NCBI GenBank assembly: GCA_964523885.1
Contig: CAZFYX010000039.1
Coordinates: 169,427-233,426, forward strand
Direction: 5' to 3'
Source of the DNA: an uncultured Burkholderiales bacterium
GTDB lineage: Bacteria > Pseudomonadota > Gammaproteobacteria > Burkholderiales > SHXO01
DNA: 64,000 nucleotides
The position numbers were made by a program, and so were the translations under genes. This document shows positions 46,849 through 59,043 of the stretch, piece by piece. The notes under the pieces were generated by a model that had not been told where the DNA came from, searched no databases, and was given only the letters and a program-made list of their open reading frames with translations. How positions within the stretch are numbered: position 1 is the stretch's first letter; the number at the start of each line of letters is the position of its first letter.

Positions 46849-48987
46849 TCAGAACGCATGCCGGCTCAACCGCCGCGCGGTGCGCGCCTGCAGCGCGCCG
46901 ATGATCCGCCCGCGCACCTTCTGCCAGAACCGCTCCCACGCACCCGGGTTGTAGACGACCTCGGCGCGCATGAACGAAGGGCACAGCGCGGCCGCATGTG
47001 CCGCCTCGCCGCACAGGCCGCAGCCCACGCAGCTGTCCTCGATGTGCGTCACCGGATCGAGCCGCAGCGGATCCGGATTGGGCTTGATGGTGAGCGAGGG
47101 GCAGCCCGACATGCGGATGCAGGCGTGATCGCCGGTGCAGGTATCGGGGTCGACCACGAAGCGCTCGCGCACCACCCGCTCGCCGGCCTTGATCGCCTGC
47201 CGCATCTGCGGCTTCACGCGGCGCTGCTTGTTCAGCATGCACTCCGACTGCGCCACGATCACCTTGTGGCCCGGCGCCTTGCCGCTCACCGCATCCTTCA
47301 GCGCCCGGCGCATCTGCGCGAGATCGTAGGTGCGCGTGATCGTGGCGACGGATTGCACGCCCACGCCGCGGACCGCCTGCTCGATGGGATGGTTGGTCGC
47401 CCGCGTCCGGTTCTCGGCCTTCGACGAGAGGAGGTCCTGCCCGCCCGTTGCCGCGGAGTACCCGTTGTCGACGATCAGCGTGACGCCTTCGCTGCGGTTG
47501 AACACCGAGTTGCCGATGCCGCTGGTCAGGCCGTTGTGCCAGAAGCCGCCGTCGCCCATCACCGCGATGGCCTTGCGCCCTGCGGGCACGTTGAAGGCCG
47601 AAGCGGCCGCGCCGCCCAACCCGTAACCCATCGTGGTGTTGCCGATGTTGAACGGCGGCAGGATGGAGAACAGGTGGCAGCCGATGTCCGCGCTGACGTG
47701 CATCGGCCCGACCTCCTTCTCGACCAGCTTCATCGCAGTGAAGATGGGCCGCTCCGGACAGCCGGTGCAGAACCCGGCCGGGCGCTGCGGCACCACGCCC
47801 GTCAGCGCCTGCACGGCCGGGTGCGAGGTGACCGGCACGCCGGCCTCGCCGGCAAGATGCCGCGCGTGCTCGCGCAGGAACTCGCGCACGCCGCGCACCA
47901 GCACGTCGCCGGTGTACTCGCCCGCCATGGGCAGCACGTCCTTTCCGGACAGCCTCGTCTGCACGTCCGCCTTGCGCAGGATGGTGTGGAGGGCCTGCTC
48001 GATGTAGTCGGGCTGCCCTTCCTCGATCAGCAGCACCGCGCGCTTGCCGGCGCAGAAGCGCACGACTTCGGCGTCCACCAGCGGATAGGTCACGTTGAGC
48101 ACGTACAGCGGAATGCGCGCGTTGCCGAAGGCATCCGCGAGGCCCAGCCGCTCGAGCGCGCGCAGCACGCCGTTGTACATGCCGCCCTGCAGGACGATGC
48201 CCAGCTCCTGCTCGGCACCGTCGAAGAACTCGTTGAGCCGGCGGTCCCGGATGAACTGCACGGCCGCGGGCCAACGCTTCTCGACCTTCTCCTTCTCGTG
48301 CTGGAACGAGGCCGGCGGCAGCACGATGCGTGCGGTGTCGCGGCGCGGGGTCTCCAGCGCCTGCTGCAGCGTGAACGCCGGCCGGCGGTTGTCCTTGGCG
48401 ACGAAGCGCCCGTGCACGTGACAGGCGCGGATGCGCAGCTCCAGCATCACCGGGGTGCTGCTCGCCTCGGACAGCTCGTAGCCCTGCTCCACCATCGCCA
48501 CGATGCTCTCGAGGTTGGGGCGCGGATCGAGCAGCCAGATCTGCGACTTCATCGCGAAGGCGTGGCTGCGCTCCTGCATGATGCTGGAGCCCTCGCCATA
48601 GTCCTCGCCGATGACGATCATCGCGCCGCCGGTCACGCCGCCCGAGGCGAGGTTGGCGAGCGCATCGGAAGCGACGTTGGTACCCACCGTCGACTTCCAG
48701 GTGGCGGCCCCGCGGATCGGATAGTTCACCGACGCGGCCAGCGTCGCGGCCGCCGTCGCCTCGGAGGCGGACGACTCGAAGTGCACGCCGAGCTCGCCCA
48801 GGATGTCCTGCGCGTCGGCGAGCACGTCCATCAGGTGCGAGATCGGCGCGCCCTGGTAGCCCGCGACATAGCCCACTCCGGCCTGCAGCAGCGCCTTGGT
48901 GACCGCGAGGATGCCCTCGCCATGGAACACCTCGCCCTGCTTCAGGCGCAGCTTCTCGACTTCCTTCGCGAAGGAACGTTCAGCCAT
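46849..48987 (-). CDS. iorA: indolepyruvate ferredoxin oxidoreductase alpha-family subunit
   Basis: GYQGAPIS, FCTGCPERP, DIGCH, GDGGFWHNG and C-terminal CTGDHAC..CP...CVGCGLC Fe-S motifs. Confidence 0.93.
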   Translation of the reverse strand: MAERSFAKEVEKLRLKQGEVFHGEGILAVTKALLQAGVGYVAGYQGAPISHLMDVLADAQDILGELGVHFESSASEATAAATLAASVNYPIRGAATWKSTVGTNVASDALANLASGGVTGGAMIVIGEDYGEGSSIMQERSHAFAMKSQIWLLDPRPNLESIVAMVEQGYELSEASSTPVMLELRIRACHVHGRFVAKDNRRPAFTLQQALETPRRDTARIVLPPASFQHEKEKVEKRWPAAVQFIRDRRLNEFFDGAEQELGIVLQGGMYNGVLRALERLGLADAFGNARIPLYVLNVTYPLVDAEVVRFCAGKRAVLLIEEGQPDYIEQALHTILRKADVQTRLSGKDVLPMAGEYTGDVLVRGVREFLREHARHLAGEAGVPVTSHPAVQALTGVVPQRPAGFCTGCPERPIFTAMKLVEKEVGPMHVSADIGCHLFSILPPFNIGNTTMGYGLGGAAASAFNVPAGRKAIAVMGDGGFWHNGLTSGIGNSVFNRSEGVTLIVDNGYSAATGGQDLLSSKAENRTRATNHPIEQAVRGVGVQSVATITRTYDLAQMRRALKDAVSGKAPGHKVIVAQSECMLNKQRRVKPQMRQAIKAGERVVRERFVVDPDTCTGDHACIRMSGCPSLTIKPNPDPLRLDPVTHIEDSCVGCGLCGEAAHAAALCPSFMRAEVVYNPGAWERFWQKVRGRIIGALQARTARRLSRHAF

Positions 48988-49010
48988 GGTCGGTTGTCGT
49001 GGCAGAGCCG

Positions 49011-49096
49011 GACCCATCCCCATCCCGCCCCTCCCCTTGCAGGGGCGGGAGTCCTTCCTTTCCCTTCACGGGGGGAGAAAGGAGGGGGATCGGTTC
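49011..49096. repeat. composite family A-like palindrome between cyclase and iorA
   Basis: gacccatccccatcccgcccctccccttgcaggggcggga...ggagggggatcggttc; shares its start with 43210. Confidence 0.72.
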
Positions 49097-49108
49097 CTCA
49101 CTCACAGG

Positions 49109-49888
<780 letters not shown>

Positions 49889-49942
49889 GGTGTTCTGCTT
49901 CGGGAAAAGCGCAATCGTAGCGCGGGTCCGCTGCCGGCGTGG

Positions 49943-50902
<960 letters not shown>

Positions 50903-51027
50903 CGGACGGCTTCTCCAAGCGAAGGTGTGATGGTAGCGCACGCACGGATCGCGCCCGCTTGCCCTCATCCGCCGCTTCGCGCATCATCGCCCCAGCGCAC
51001 GCCCCGCCCTTCCGCCCCGCCACCCGA

Positions 51028-51633
51028 ATGTTCTTCGAACCCGTCAGCCTGCTGCTGGTGCTGAGCAATGTCGCCGTGTTCTACCTGGAGCAGCAGGCTC
51101 CAGAGGCCTACGCCCTGGCCTGGGGATTGTGGCCGGTGGAGACCCCGAACTTCCACCTGCCGCAGCTCATCACCTACGGCTTCCTGCACGCGAGCGGCAT
51201 CCACCTGACCGTCAACATGTTCGCCATGTTGATGTTCGGCGCCGAAGTGGAGCACCGGGTGGGCTCCCTGCGCTTCCTGCTGTATTGCCTGGCCTGCCTG
51301 CTCTCGGCAGCGCTGCTCCAGCTCGGCGTGGCGATCATCCTGGGCACGCTGACGCGGCCGACGATGGGCGCCTCGGGCATCGTGTTCGGCGTGCTGCTGG
51401 CCTATGCGATGCTGTTCCCGCGCCAGAAGCTCACCCCGATCATCATGCCGGTCCCGATTCCGGCCTGGCTGTTCGTCGGGCTCTACGGGCTGCTCGAGCT
51501 GGTGATGGGGTTGCTGGAGACCCAGGACGGCATCGCGCACTTCGCCCACCTTGGAGGCATGATGGGCGGATGGTTCCTGATGCAGTACTGGCGCGACAAG
51601 CTGCCGCCGACCGTCGCCGAGGGCCGCGGTTGA
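51028..51633 (+). CDS. rhomboid family intramembrane serine protease
   Basis: TYGFLHAS..HL..NM, catalytic GASG and AHFAHLGG. Confidence 0.93.
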   Translation: MFFEPVSLLLVLSNVAVFYLEQQAPEAYALAWGLWPVETPNFHLPQLITYGFLHASGIHLTVNMFAMLMFGAEVEHRVGSLRFLLYCLACLLSAALLQLGVAIILGTLTRPTMGASGIVFGVLLAYAMLFPRQKLTPIIMPVPIPAWLFVGLYGLLELVMGLLETQDGIAHFAHLGGMMGGWFLMQYWRDKLPPTVAEGRG

Positions 51634-51661
51634 GCGCCATGACACCGGGTCTCCTGGCTCC

Positions 51662-53962
51662 ATGCGCCCCTGGCTCGCCGCGCTGCTGATCGCCCTCGTC
51701 CTCGGCGGCGCGGCAGGGGCGTGGCTGCTGCCCCGCGGCACCCCACCGGCTTCGGCGCCGGCCGCGAGTGCGGCCTATGCCGGCTCGCAGGCATGCGCCG
51801 GGTGCCACGCGAAACAGCACGCCGCCTGGCAGGGCTCGCAACACCAGCTCGCCATGCAGCACGCCACGGACGCCACGGTGCTGGGGGACTTCGCCGACGC
51901 CCACTTCACCTACGCGGGCATCACCTCCACCTTCTTCAGGCGCGACGGCCGGTTCTTCGTGCGCACCGATGGGCCCGACGGCAGGCTCGCCGAGTTCGAG
52001 GTCAAGTACGTCTTCGGCCTGGCACCGCTGCAGCAGTACCTCGTCGAGTTCCCCGACGGCCGTATCCAGGCCCTGTCGATCGCCTGGGACGCACGTCCGA
52101 AGGCGCAGGGCGGGCAGCGCTGGTACCACCTCTACCCGAAGGAGCGGATCACGCACACCGACCCGCTGCACTGGACCAGGGGGATGCAGAACTGGAACTA
52201 CATGTGTGCGGAGTGCCATTCGACCGCAGTGCGCAGGAACTACGACCCCGGCAGCGACACGTTCAAGACCGGCTGGTCGGAAATCAGCGTCGGCTGCGAG
52301 GCCTGCCATGGCCCCGGCTCGGCGCACATCGCCTGGGCGAAGGACAAGCGATCCGACCCGGCCCGCGGCCTGGTCGTCCGCTTCGACGAGCGCGCCGGCG
52401 TGCACTGGGCGATCCAGCCCGCGAGCGGGAACGCTGCGCGCAGCACGCCGCGCACCAGCAGCAAGGAGATCGACACCTGCGCGCTGTGCCACGCGCGCCG
52501 CGGGCAGATCTGGGAGCCGCATGTTCCCGGCAAGCCGATCGCCGACACGCACCAGCCGGCCCTGCTCACCGAGGGCCTGTACGAAGCCGACGGACAGATG
52601 CGCGACGAGGTGTACAACTACGGCTCGTTCCTGCAAAGCCGCATGCATGCCGCCGGCGTGACCTGCAGCGACTGCCATGACCCGCACAGCGGCAAGCTGC
52701 GCGTTCCGGGCGACGGGGTGTGCCTGCAATGCCACGCGGCCACGAAGTATCCGCTGCCCGCGCACACCGGCCATCCGGACACGCCGCAGGCGCAGGCCTG
52801 CCCCGCCTGTCACATGCCCACGCGCACCTACATGGGCATCGACCCGCGCCATGATCACAGCTTCCGCGTGCCGCGCCCCGACCTGTCGGTGAAGTACGGC
52901 ACGCCGAACGCCTGCAACGACTGCCATCGCGACAAGTCCGCGGCGTGGGCTGCGGCTGCGGTCGAGAAGTGGTTCGGCCCGCAGCGCAAGGGCCTGCAGG
53001 CGTGGACGCCCGCGTTCCACGCAGCCCGCACCGGCTCGACCGAGTCGAAGAACCTCCTGTTCGGCACCGCGCAGGACGCCGGCCAGCCGGCGATCGGAAG
53101 GGCGACCGCGTACGCCGAGCTGGCGGCCTATCTCACGCCCAGCCTCGTATCCGAAATGCAGAAGGGCCTCCACGACCCGAGTGAGCTGGTGCGCATCGGG
53201 GCGCTGCGCGGGCTCGCCTCCGTGCCGCCCGACCAACGCTGGGGCATCGCGAACCATCTCCTCTCCGACCCGGTGCGCGCGGTGCGCCTGGAGGCGGTGT
53301 CGTTCCTGCTGCCGGTGCCCGCCGACACGCTCTCACCCGAGCAGGGGGCCGCGCTGGACCACGGCATCGAGGAGTACGTGGCGGTGCAGAAGCTCAACGC
53401 CGACCGGCCCGAATCGCACCTCAACCTGGGCCTGCTGCACGCGGCCCGCAACGCGCCCGACCAAGCGGAAGCCGAGTACCGCGCCGCGCTGAAGCTCGAT
53501 CCGGGCTTCGTCCGCGCCTACGTGAACCTTGCCGACCTCTACCGCAGCACTGGCCGCGACGCGGACGGCGAGAAGCTCCTGCGCGATGCGCTGCGGGCCG
53601 CACCCCGCGAGCCCGCGCTGCACCATGCGCTCGGCCTGCTGCTCGCGCGCGAGCGCCGCTATCCAGAGGCCGTCGCGGAACTGGCGATCGCGGCACGGAC
53701 AGACCCTGCCGACCCGCGCTATCCGTATGTCTATGCCGTGGCGCTCGACTCGACCGGACGCGGCAGCGAAGCGCTCAAGGTCCTCGAGGCCAATCACCAG
53801 CGCCACCCTGCCGACCGCGACACGCTCCTGGCGCTGGCCACCATGAACGCACGCGCCGGTGCACGCGAGGTCGCACTGACATATGCCCGCAAGCTGCAGG
53901 CCCTGACGCCGGACGAGCCGGACGTCCAGCAGCTGGTGCAGCAGCTCCAGGCGGGGAACTGA
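51662..53962 (+). CDS. multiheme (8 CXXCH) cytochrome c with HEAT and TPR repeats
   Basis: CAGCH, CAECH, CEACH, CALCH, CSDCH, CLQCH, CPACH, CNDCH; then D..ELVR..AL (HEAT) and TPR repeats. Confidence 0.9.
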   Translation: MRPWLAALLIALVLGGAAGAWLLPRGTPPASAPAASAAYAGSQACAGCHAKQHAAWQGSQHQLAMQHATDATVLGDFADAHFTYAGITSTFFRRDGRFFVRTDGPDGRLAEFEVKYVFGLAPLQQYLVEFPDGRIQALSIAWDARPKAQGGQRWYHLYPKERITHTDPLHWTRGMQNWNYMCAECHSTAVRRNYDPGSDTFKTGWSEISVGCEACHGPGSAHIAWAKDKRSDPARGLVVRFDERAGVHWAIQPASGNAARSTPRTSSKEIDTCALCHARRGQIWEPHVPGKPIADTHQPALLTEGLYEADGQMRDEVYNYGSFLQSRMHAAGVTCSDCHDPHSGKLRVPGDGVCLQCHAATKYPLPAHTGHPDTPQAQACPACHMPTRTYMGIDPRHDHSFRVPRPDLSVKYGTPNACNDCHRDKSAAWAAAAVEKWFGPQRKGLQAWTPAFHAARTGSTESKNLLFGTAQDAGQPAIGRATAYAELAAYLTPSLVSEMQKGLHDPSELVRIGALRGLASVPPDQRWGIANHLLSDPVRAVRLEAVSFLLPVPADTLSPEQGAALDHGIEEYVAVQKLNADRPESHLNLGLLHAARNAPDQAEAEYRAALKLDPGFVRAYVNLADLYRSTGRDADGEKLLRDALRAAPREPALHHALGLLLARERRYPEAVAELAIAARTDPADPRYPYVYAVALDSTGRGSEALKVLEANHQRHPADRDTLLALATMNARAGAREVALTYARKLQALTPDEPDVQQLVQQLQAGN

Positions 53963-54003
53963 CGGCAGGGGCAGGCACGATGGATCTGGAGCACGGATAG
54001 CGC

Positions 54004-55014
54004 ATGCTGGCCCCAGCCCAATGGACCCAGCGGGTGGGCGCACTCACTGCGATCCCGCGGCTGCTGATTGCCCACGGCGCAGCACCGTCCGAGCTGTTGG
54101 CCGGAGCCGGTCTGCTCCCCGACGCGCTCGACCACGCGGAGAATCGGGTTCCCTATCCCGCGATCGTCCAGCTGCTGACAGCCTGCGCAGGGGCGACCGG
54201 GTGCGTGCACTTCGGCATCCTGGCCGGTGCGCAGTGGCACCTCGCCGACCTCGGCCTGGCCGGGCGGCTGGCTCGTCATTCCGAGGATCTCGGATCCGCC
54301 CTCGAGACCCTGACCGTCTACATGCGCCTGAACAACCAGGGCGCTGCCGCCTATCTCACGAAATCCGGCGGGGTGGCCGAGCTGGGGTATGCCGTGTTCC
54401 ACCCGCGGGTGACGGAGATTTCGGTGGCCTACGACGTCGCGATGGCCTCCGCGGTCAACCAGGTCCGCGATCTCCTCGACGACCCTCGATGGCGTCCGGC
54501 CGAGGTGCTGCTGCCCCGGACGGCGCCCGGCGACGAACGGGCGTACAGCCAGCACTTCGGGATTTCCGCGCGGTTCAACTCCGACCGGGCAGCGCTGCGG
54601 TTTCCCGCATCCGAGCTCGGACGCCCGCTTCCGGAGGCTGATGCCGGACGCAAGGAGCGGCTGCTGGAGGAAGCCGATAGCATGCTCGGCGACGAGTTTC
54701 TCCTGCGGCTGCACGAGTCGCTGCGCATGCTCCTCCTGCAGGGGGCCGCGAACAGCGACCGGGTGGCGGCGAGCCTTGCCATGCATCGGCGCACGTTGAT
54801 GCGGCGTCTCGCGCGGCGCGGGACGAGCTTCCAGGAGATCCTGGACCAGGTCCGCTTCGATGTCGCCCGGCAATTGCTGCGCGAAACCGGGTTGAGCATC
54901 ACCGAGATCGGCGCCGCTCTGGGCTTCTCGGAGACCAGCGCTTTCACCCACGCCTTCCGGAGGTGGTCGGGAATGTCTCCCAGCGAGTGGCGCAACCGCC
55001 CGTCCGGCGCCTGA
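54004..55014 (+). CDS. AraC family regulator (OruR/VirS type)
   Basis: RTLMRRL..GTSFQEILDQVR..A and LGFSETSAFTHAFRRWSGMSP. Confidence 0.93.
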   Translation: MLAPAQWTQRVGALTAIPRLLIAHGAAPSELLAGAGLLPDALDHAENRVPYPAIVQLLTACAGATGCVHFGILAGAQWHLADLGLAGRLARHSEDLGSALETLTVYMRLNNQGAAAYLTKSGGVAELGYAVFHPRVTEISVAYDVAMASAVNQVRDLLDDPRWRPAEVLLPRTAPGDERAYSQHFGISARFNSDRAALRFPASELGRPLPEADAGRKERLLEEADSMLGDEFLLRLHESLRMLLLQGAANSDRVAASLAMHRRTLMRRLARRGTSFQEILDQVRFDVARQLLRETGLSITEIGAALGFSETSAFTHAFRRWSGMSPSEWRNRPSGA

Positions 55015-55137
55015 GCGGCCGTCGGAACTTGTCACAATAAATCAAGTCCGAACCACCGCGGCCATTCAAACTTTCGCGGCTGCTCAACCATGCCGATTGG
55101 CACATCCGTTCCAAATACCGTTATCTTGGAGAAGAAC

Positions 55138-56568
55138 ATGGGATTTACCCGTCGTCGCGCCATTCAGGCAGGCTTGGGCGCCGCCCTCTATCCGCTCTGG
55201 CATCCGGCCGTCCAGGCGTTCGAGATGTCGTCGCTCGACCCCATGGAGGGTCTGGAGGAGTTCTGGCTGGCCACCGATGCCTATATCTTCGGCTATCCGC
55301 TGGTGACGATGGAGATGACGCGCCGGGTCTTGACCAACGTCGAGAAGCCCGAAGGAACGCGCGCGCCGATGGGGCAGATCATCAGGATGCGCCAGTATCC
55401 GGATGCTTCGTTCAAGGACGTGACGGCGCCGAACGCGGACACCCTCTACACCACGGCGTTCATCGACGTCGGTGACGAGCCCTGGGTGTTGAGCATTCCG
55501 GACCTCAAGGGCCGGTATGCGCTGTTCCCGATGCTCGACGGCTGGACCACCGTCTTCCAGGTCCCCGGCAAGCGCACGACGGGCACCGCCGCCCAGACCT
55601 ACGCGATCACCGGCCCGGGCTGGAAAGGCACGCTGCCGGCCGGGGTCAAGGAGTACAAGTCGACCACCAGCATCGTGTGGCTGCTCGGCCGCATCTACTG
55701 CACGGGCACGCCGGAGGACTATGCCGCCGTCCACAAGCTGCAGGACGAATGCAAGCTGGTGCCGCTGAGCGCATACGGCAAGGCGTACACCCCGCCCCCC
55801 GGCAAGGTGGACCCGGCCATCGACATGAAGACCGCGGTGCGCGACCAGGTGAACCGCATGGATGCGGTGGAGTACTTCACCCTGCTCGCGCAACTCATGA
55901 AGCGCAATCCCGCCTACGCCGCCGATGCAGCCGAGCTCAAGCGCTATCAGCGCATCGGCCTGGCGGCTGGGCAGGACTTCGACGCGGCCAGGCTGAAGGC
56001 CGATTTCGTCAAGCGCATCCCGCAAGTCGCGTTCGACCGGATCATGCTGCAGTTCAAGGTCGGCAAGCCGATCAAGAACATCAACGGCTGGGTATTCGAC
56101 ACGCAGACGGGAATCTACGGCACCGACTACCTCAACCGGGCCTTCGTCACGGCGATCGGCCTGGGTGCGAACCGCGTGCAGGACGCCGTATACCCGACCT
56201 CGCTCAAGGATGCGGACGGCCACGAGTACAACGGCGCGCACAAGTACGTGATGCACTTCCCCAAGGGCCAGCTGCCCCCGGCAGACGGCTTCTGGTCGGT
56301 GACCATGTACAACGCCCAGTACTTCTTCGTGAACAACCCGATCAACCGCTACTCGATCAGCCCGCGCCAGGACCTGAAGAAGAACCCCGACGGCTCCGTC
56401 GATCTCTATATCCAGCACGAGTCGCCCGGTGAGGACAAGGAATCGAACTGGCTCCCGGCGCCGCCCGACAAGTTCATCCTCATGATGCGGATGTACTGGC
56501 CGAAGGAAAAGACACCATCGATCATCAACGGGACGTGGGCGCCTCCGCCGGCGAAGCGTGTGAGCTGA
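55138..56568 (+). CDS. DUF1254/DUF1214 protein with putative Tat signal (alternative start 55090)
   Basis: TRRRAIQ leader; AYIFGYPLV, APNADTLY, FWSVTMY and NWLPAP...MRMYWP. Confidence 0.9.
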   Translation: MGFTRRRAIQAGLGAALYPLWHPAVQAFEMSSLDPMEGLEEFWLATDAYIFGYPLVTMEMTRRVLTNVEKPEGTRAPMGQIIRMRQYPDASFKDVTAPNADTLYTTAFIDVGDEPWVLSIPDLKGRYALFPMLDGWTTVFQVPGKRTTGTAAQTYAITGPGWKGTLPAGVKEYKSTTSIVWLLGRIYCTGTPEDYAAVHKLQDECKLVPLSAYGKAYTPPPGKVDPAIDMKTAVRDQVNRMDAVEYFTLLAQLMKRNPAYAADAAELKRYQRIGLAAGQDFDAARLKADFVKRIPQVAFDRIMLQFKVGKPIKNINGWVFDTQTGIYGTDYLNRAFVTAIGLGANRVQDAVYPTSLKDADGHEYNGAHKYVMHFPKGQLPPADGFWSVTMYNAQYFFVNNPINRYSISPRQDLKKNPDGSVDLYIQHESPGEDKESNWLPAPPDKFILMMRMYWPKEKTPSIINGTWAPPPAKRVS

Positions 56569-56821
56569 GGTCCGGAGGGACCGCAGCGGGTTCGGAGGAA
56601 GGCCGCGAACCCGTCGTCCCGGCCCTTCCCGCCAGGAACCCTGCGCCGGCGTGCTGGACGCCGGCGCGGCGCGTGCGCACAATCCGCAGGTGCTACTGCC
56701 TGCAGGGCACCAGTGCCCACGCGTCCCGTCCGGGACGCTGATACGGCAGGAGGGTAGCGCGACAACCCGGCCGGCATCCAGGCCAGGGCAACCCGGCGCG
56801 CGGCGCGAAAGCGAGTCCTTG

Positions 56822-59035
56822 ATGATCGGTTGGGTGGAAGTCGTCTGGCCTGTCGTTGCCGGGACCTGCCTCGCGCTTGCGCTGATCTGCCTGCTGATCT
56901 GGACGCTCCAGCCATCCCGCCTCGGCTACCTGCTGTTCTTCGTCAGTGCGGCATCGGTGACGGTGTTCGCGGGGTTCGAGCTGTTCATGATGAAGACGGC
57001 CAGCCCCGAGCATTACGCCGCCGCGCTGCGCTGGGCGGTGCTGCCGATCGTTGCGCTGGTCTTCTCGCTCCTCGGCTTCGTGCTGTTCTACCTGCGCTCG
57101 GGCCGCTGGTGGCTGGCCGCAGCAGCCTGCGTGGTCCGCGTGGCCGGCCTCTTTCCCAACTTCACCACCGGGGTCAACCTCTACTTCCAGCACGTGAGCG
57201 CAATGCTGCCGTTGTCGATCTGGGGCGGTGATACCGTCTACGCCCCGATCGGCACCGTCAACCCGTGGGTCTACACCGAGCGGTTCGGGAACCTGCTCCT
57301 GATCGTGTTCATGGCCGATGCATCACTGACGCTGTGGCGCCGGCGTGACCCGGACAGCCGACGCCGGGCACTGGGACTGGGCACCAGCATGGTCGTCTTT
57401 CTCGGCGTCGCCAGCATTTTCGGCATCCTGGTCAATTCGAACATCATCCATTCGCCGTACTTCTTCTCCCCCATGTTCCTGGTGGTGCTGGTGGCCATGG
57501 CATACGAGCTCGGATGGGACGTGTTCACCGCGGCGCGGTTGAGCGACCGGCTGCAGGTCAGCGAGGAGAATCTGCGCGAGAGCGAGCGCCGGCTGCAGCT
57601 GGCGGCCACGGCGGCGGAGTTGGGCCTGTGGGAGTGGGATGTACCCCGCGATCGGATCTGGATGACGGGCGGAACCCGCGCGATGTTCGGGTATGCACCC
57701 GACGAGGAGGTCGGCCTCGCGCGATTCCTCGCAGCGCTTCACCGCGAAGACCGCGACGCCGTCCAGCGGGAGGTGCGGGGCCGCATGCTCCACGGGGGCA
57801 GCGAGTTCGAGCAGGACTTCCGCGTCGCGCTGCCGAACCAGCAGATCCGCTGGGTCCGCGTACGCGGGCGCATCGAGCGCGACGCCGCCGGCCGCGCCGT
57901 GCGCATTCGCGGGGTCAGCCACGACGTGAGTGCCCGGCGACACGCCGACGAGCGCTTCCGTGCGCTGGTGGAGGCCGCACCCACCGCCATGCTGGTCGTC
58001 GACAGCAGTGGACGCATCGCCCGCGCCAACGGGCGTGCCGCGCTCATGTTCGGCTACGAGCGCGGCGCATTGCCCGGCATGTCGATCGACGCCCTGATCC
58101 CTCCAGGGCTCCAGCCGGCCCAGGAAGCGCTGCTGGATGCTCCGGCAAGCGATGCCAAGCGCGATGCCGAGACCGCCCGCGAGTTCATCGCCTTGCGCAA
58201 GGACGGCACCGCCATCGCCGTCGAGGCGAACTTCAGCGCCCTGCCGGGAGAAGAAGGGCCGTTGACCCTGGCGTCGGTGCTCGACATCAGCCAGCGCAAG
58301 GCGAGCGAGCTCGAGGCATCGCGCCAACGCGACCAGCTCGCGCGCGTGGCGCGCGTGGCAATGCTCGGGGAGCTCTCCGGCGCGCTCGCGCACGAGTTGA
58401 ACCAGCCGCTCTCGGCGATCCTGGGCAACGCCCAGGCGGCGCAGCGCTTTCTCATGCGCGAGCCGCCGCAGGTGGATACGGTGCGGGAGATCCTCGCCGA
58501 CATCGTCGGCAGCGGCCGGCGCGCGGCCGAAGTCATCGCCCGGGTGCGCTCGCTGATCCGGAACGACGAGCCGCCACAGCATGCGCTGGATCCGGACCAG
58601 CTCGTGGCCGAGGTCCTCGCATTGATGCGAAACGATCTCGCGGCGCGCGAAGTGGTCGTACGGACCGAGCTCGCCGCCGACCTGCCGCGCTTGCGCGGCG
58701 ACCGGGTACAACTCCAGCAGCTGCTGCTCAACCTGCTGTTCAACGCCTGCGATGCGATGGCCGATGCGCCTGCGCCCCATGTGATCCTGATCGACACCGT
58801 GCAGAGCGGACCGGGACGCATCCTCATCCGCATCAAGGATGCCGGCCCTGGCATCCTCGACGGAGAGCTGGAGCGGATCTTCGAGCCGTTCGTGACCACG
58901 AAGCGGGACGGCCTGGGGCTCGGGCTCGCCCTGTGCCGCACCATCGTGCGCGCGCATGACGGGCGCATCTGGGCCGGCAACCACCCCGATGGCGGTGCTA
59001 TCCTCCACGTCGAGCTCCCTGCCCCTCGCGCCTGA
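56822..59035 (+). CDS. membrane PAS-PAS sensor histidine kinase (FixL/NodV-like)
   Basis: About seven TM segments, two PAS domains, H-box AHELNQPL, DRVQLQQLLLNL, and G-boxes D.GPG and GLGLGL. Confidence 0.92.
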   Translation: MIGWVEVVWPVVAGTCLALALICLLIWTLQPSRLGYLLFFVSAASVTVFAGFELFMMKTASPEHYAAALRWAVLPIVALVFSLLGFVLFYLRSGRWWLAAAACVVRVAGLFPNFTTGVNLYFQHVSAMLPLSIWGGDTVYAPIGTVNPWVYTERFGNLLLIVFMADASLTLWRRRDPDSRRRALGLGTSMVVFLGVASIFGILVNSNIIHSPYFFSPMFLVVLVAMAYELGWDVFTAARLSDRLQVSEENLRESERRLQLAATAAELGLWEWDVPRDRIWMTGGTRAMFGYAPDEEVGLARFLAALHREDRDAVQREVRGRMLHGGSEFEQDFRVALPNQQIRWVRVRGRIERDAAGRAVRIRGVSHDVSARRHADERFRALVEAAPTAMLVVDSSGRIARANGRAALMFGYERGALPGMSIDALIPPGLQPAQEALLDAPASDAKRDAETAREFIALRKDGTAIAVEANFSALPGEEGPLTLASVLDISQRKASELEASRQRDQLARVARVAMLGELSGALAHELNQPLSAILGNAQAAQRFLMREPPQVDTVREILADIVGSGRRAAEVIARVRSLIRNDEPPQHALDPDQLVAEVLALMRNDLAAREVVVRTELAADLPRLRGDRVQLQQLLLNLLFNACDAMADAPAPHVILIDTVQSGPGRILIRIKDAGPGILDGELERIFEPFVTTKRDGLGLGLALCRTIVRAHDGRIWAGNHPDGGAILHVELPAPRA

Positions 59036-59043
59036 GCATCCGC

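Noticed and set aside
43210-49096. Family A palindromes as IS ends or CRISPR repeats
   Set aside because: No transposase between copies, no regular repeat-spacer period and no cas genes; target-site duplications are not evident.
55097-55113. TTGGCACATCCGTTCCA as a sigma-54 promoter
   Set aside because: The -24 half is perfect but the -12 position reads CC instead of GC. It may still be a site, but the sequence does not support it enough.
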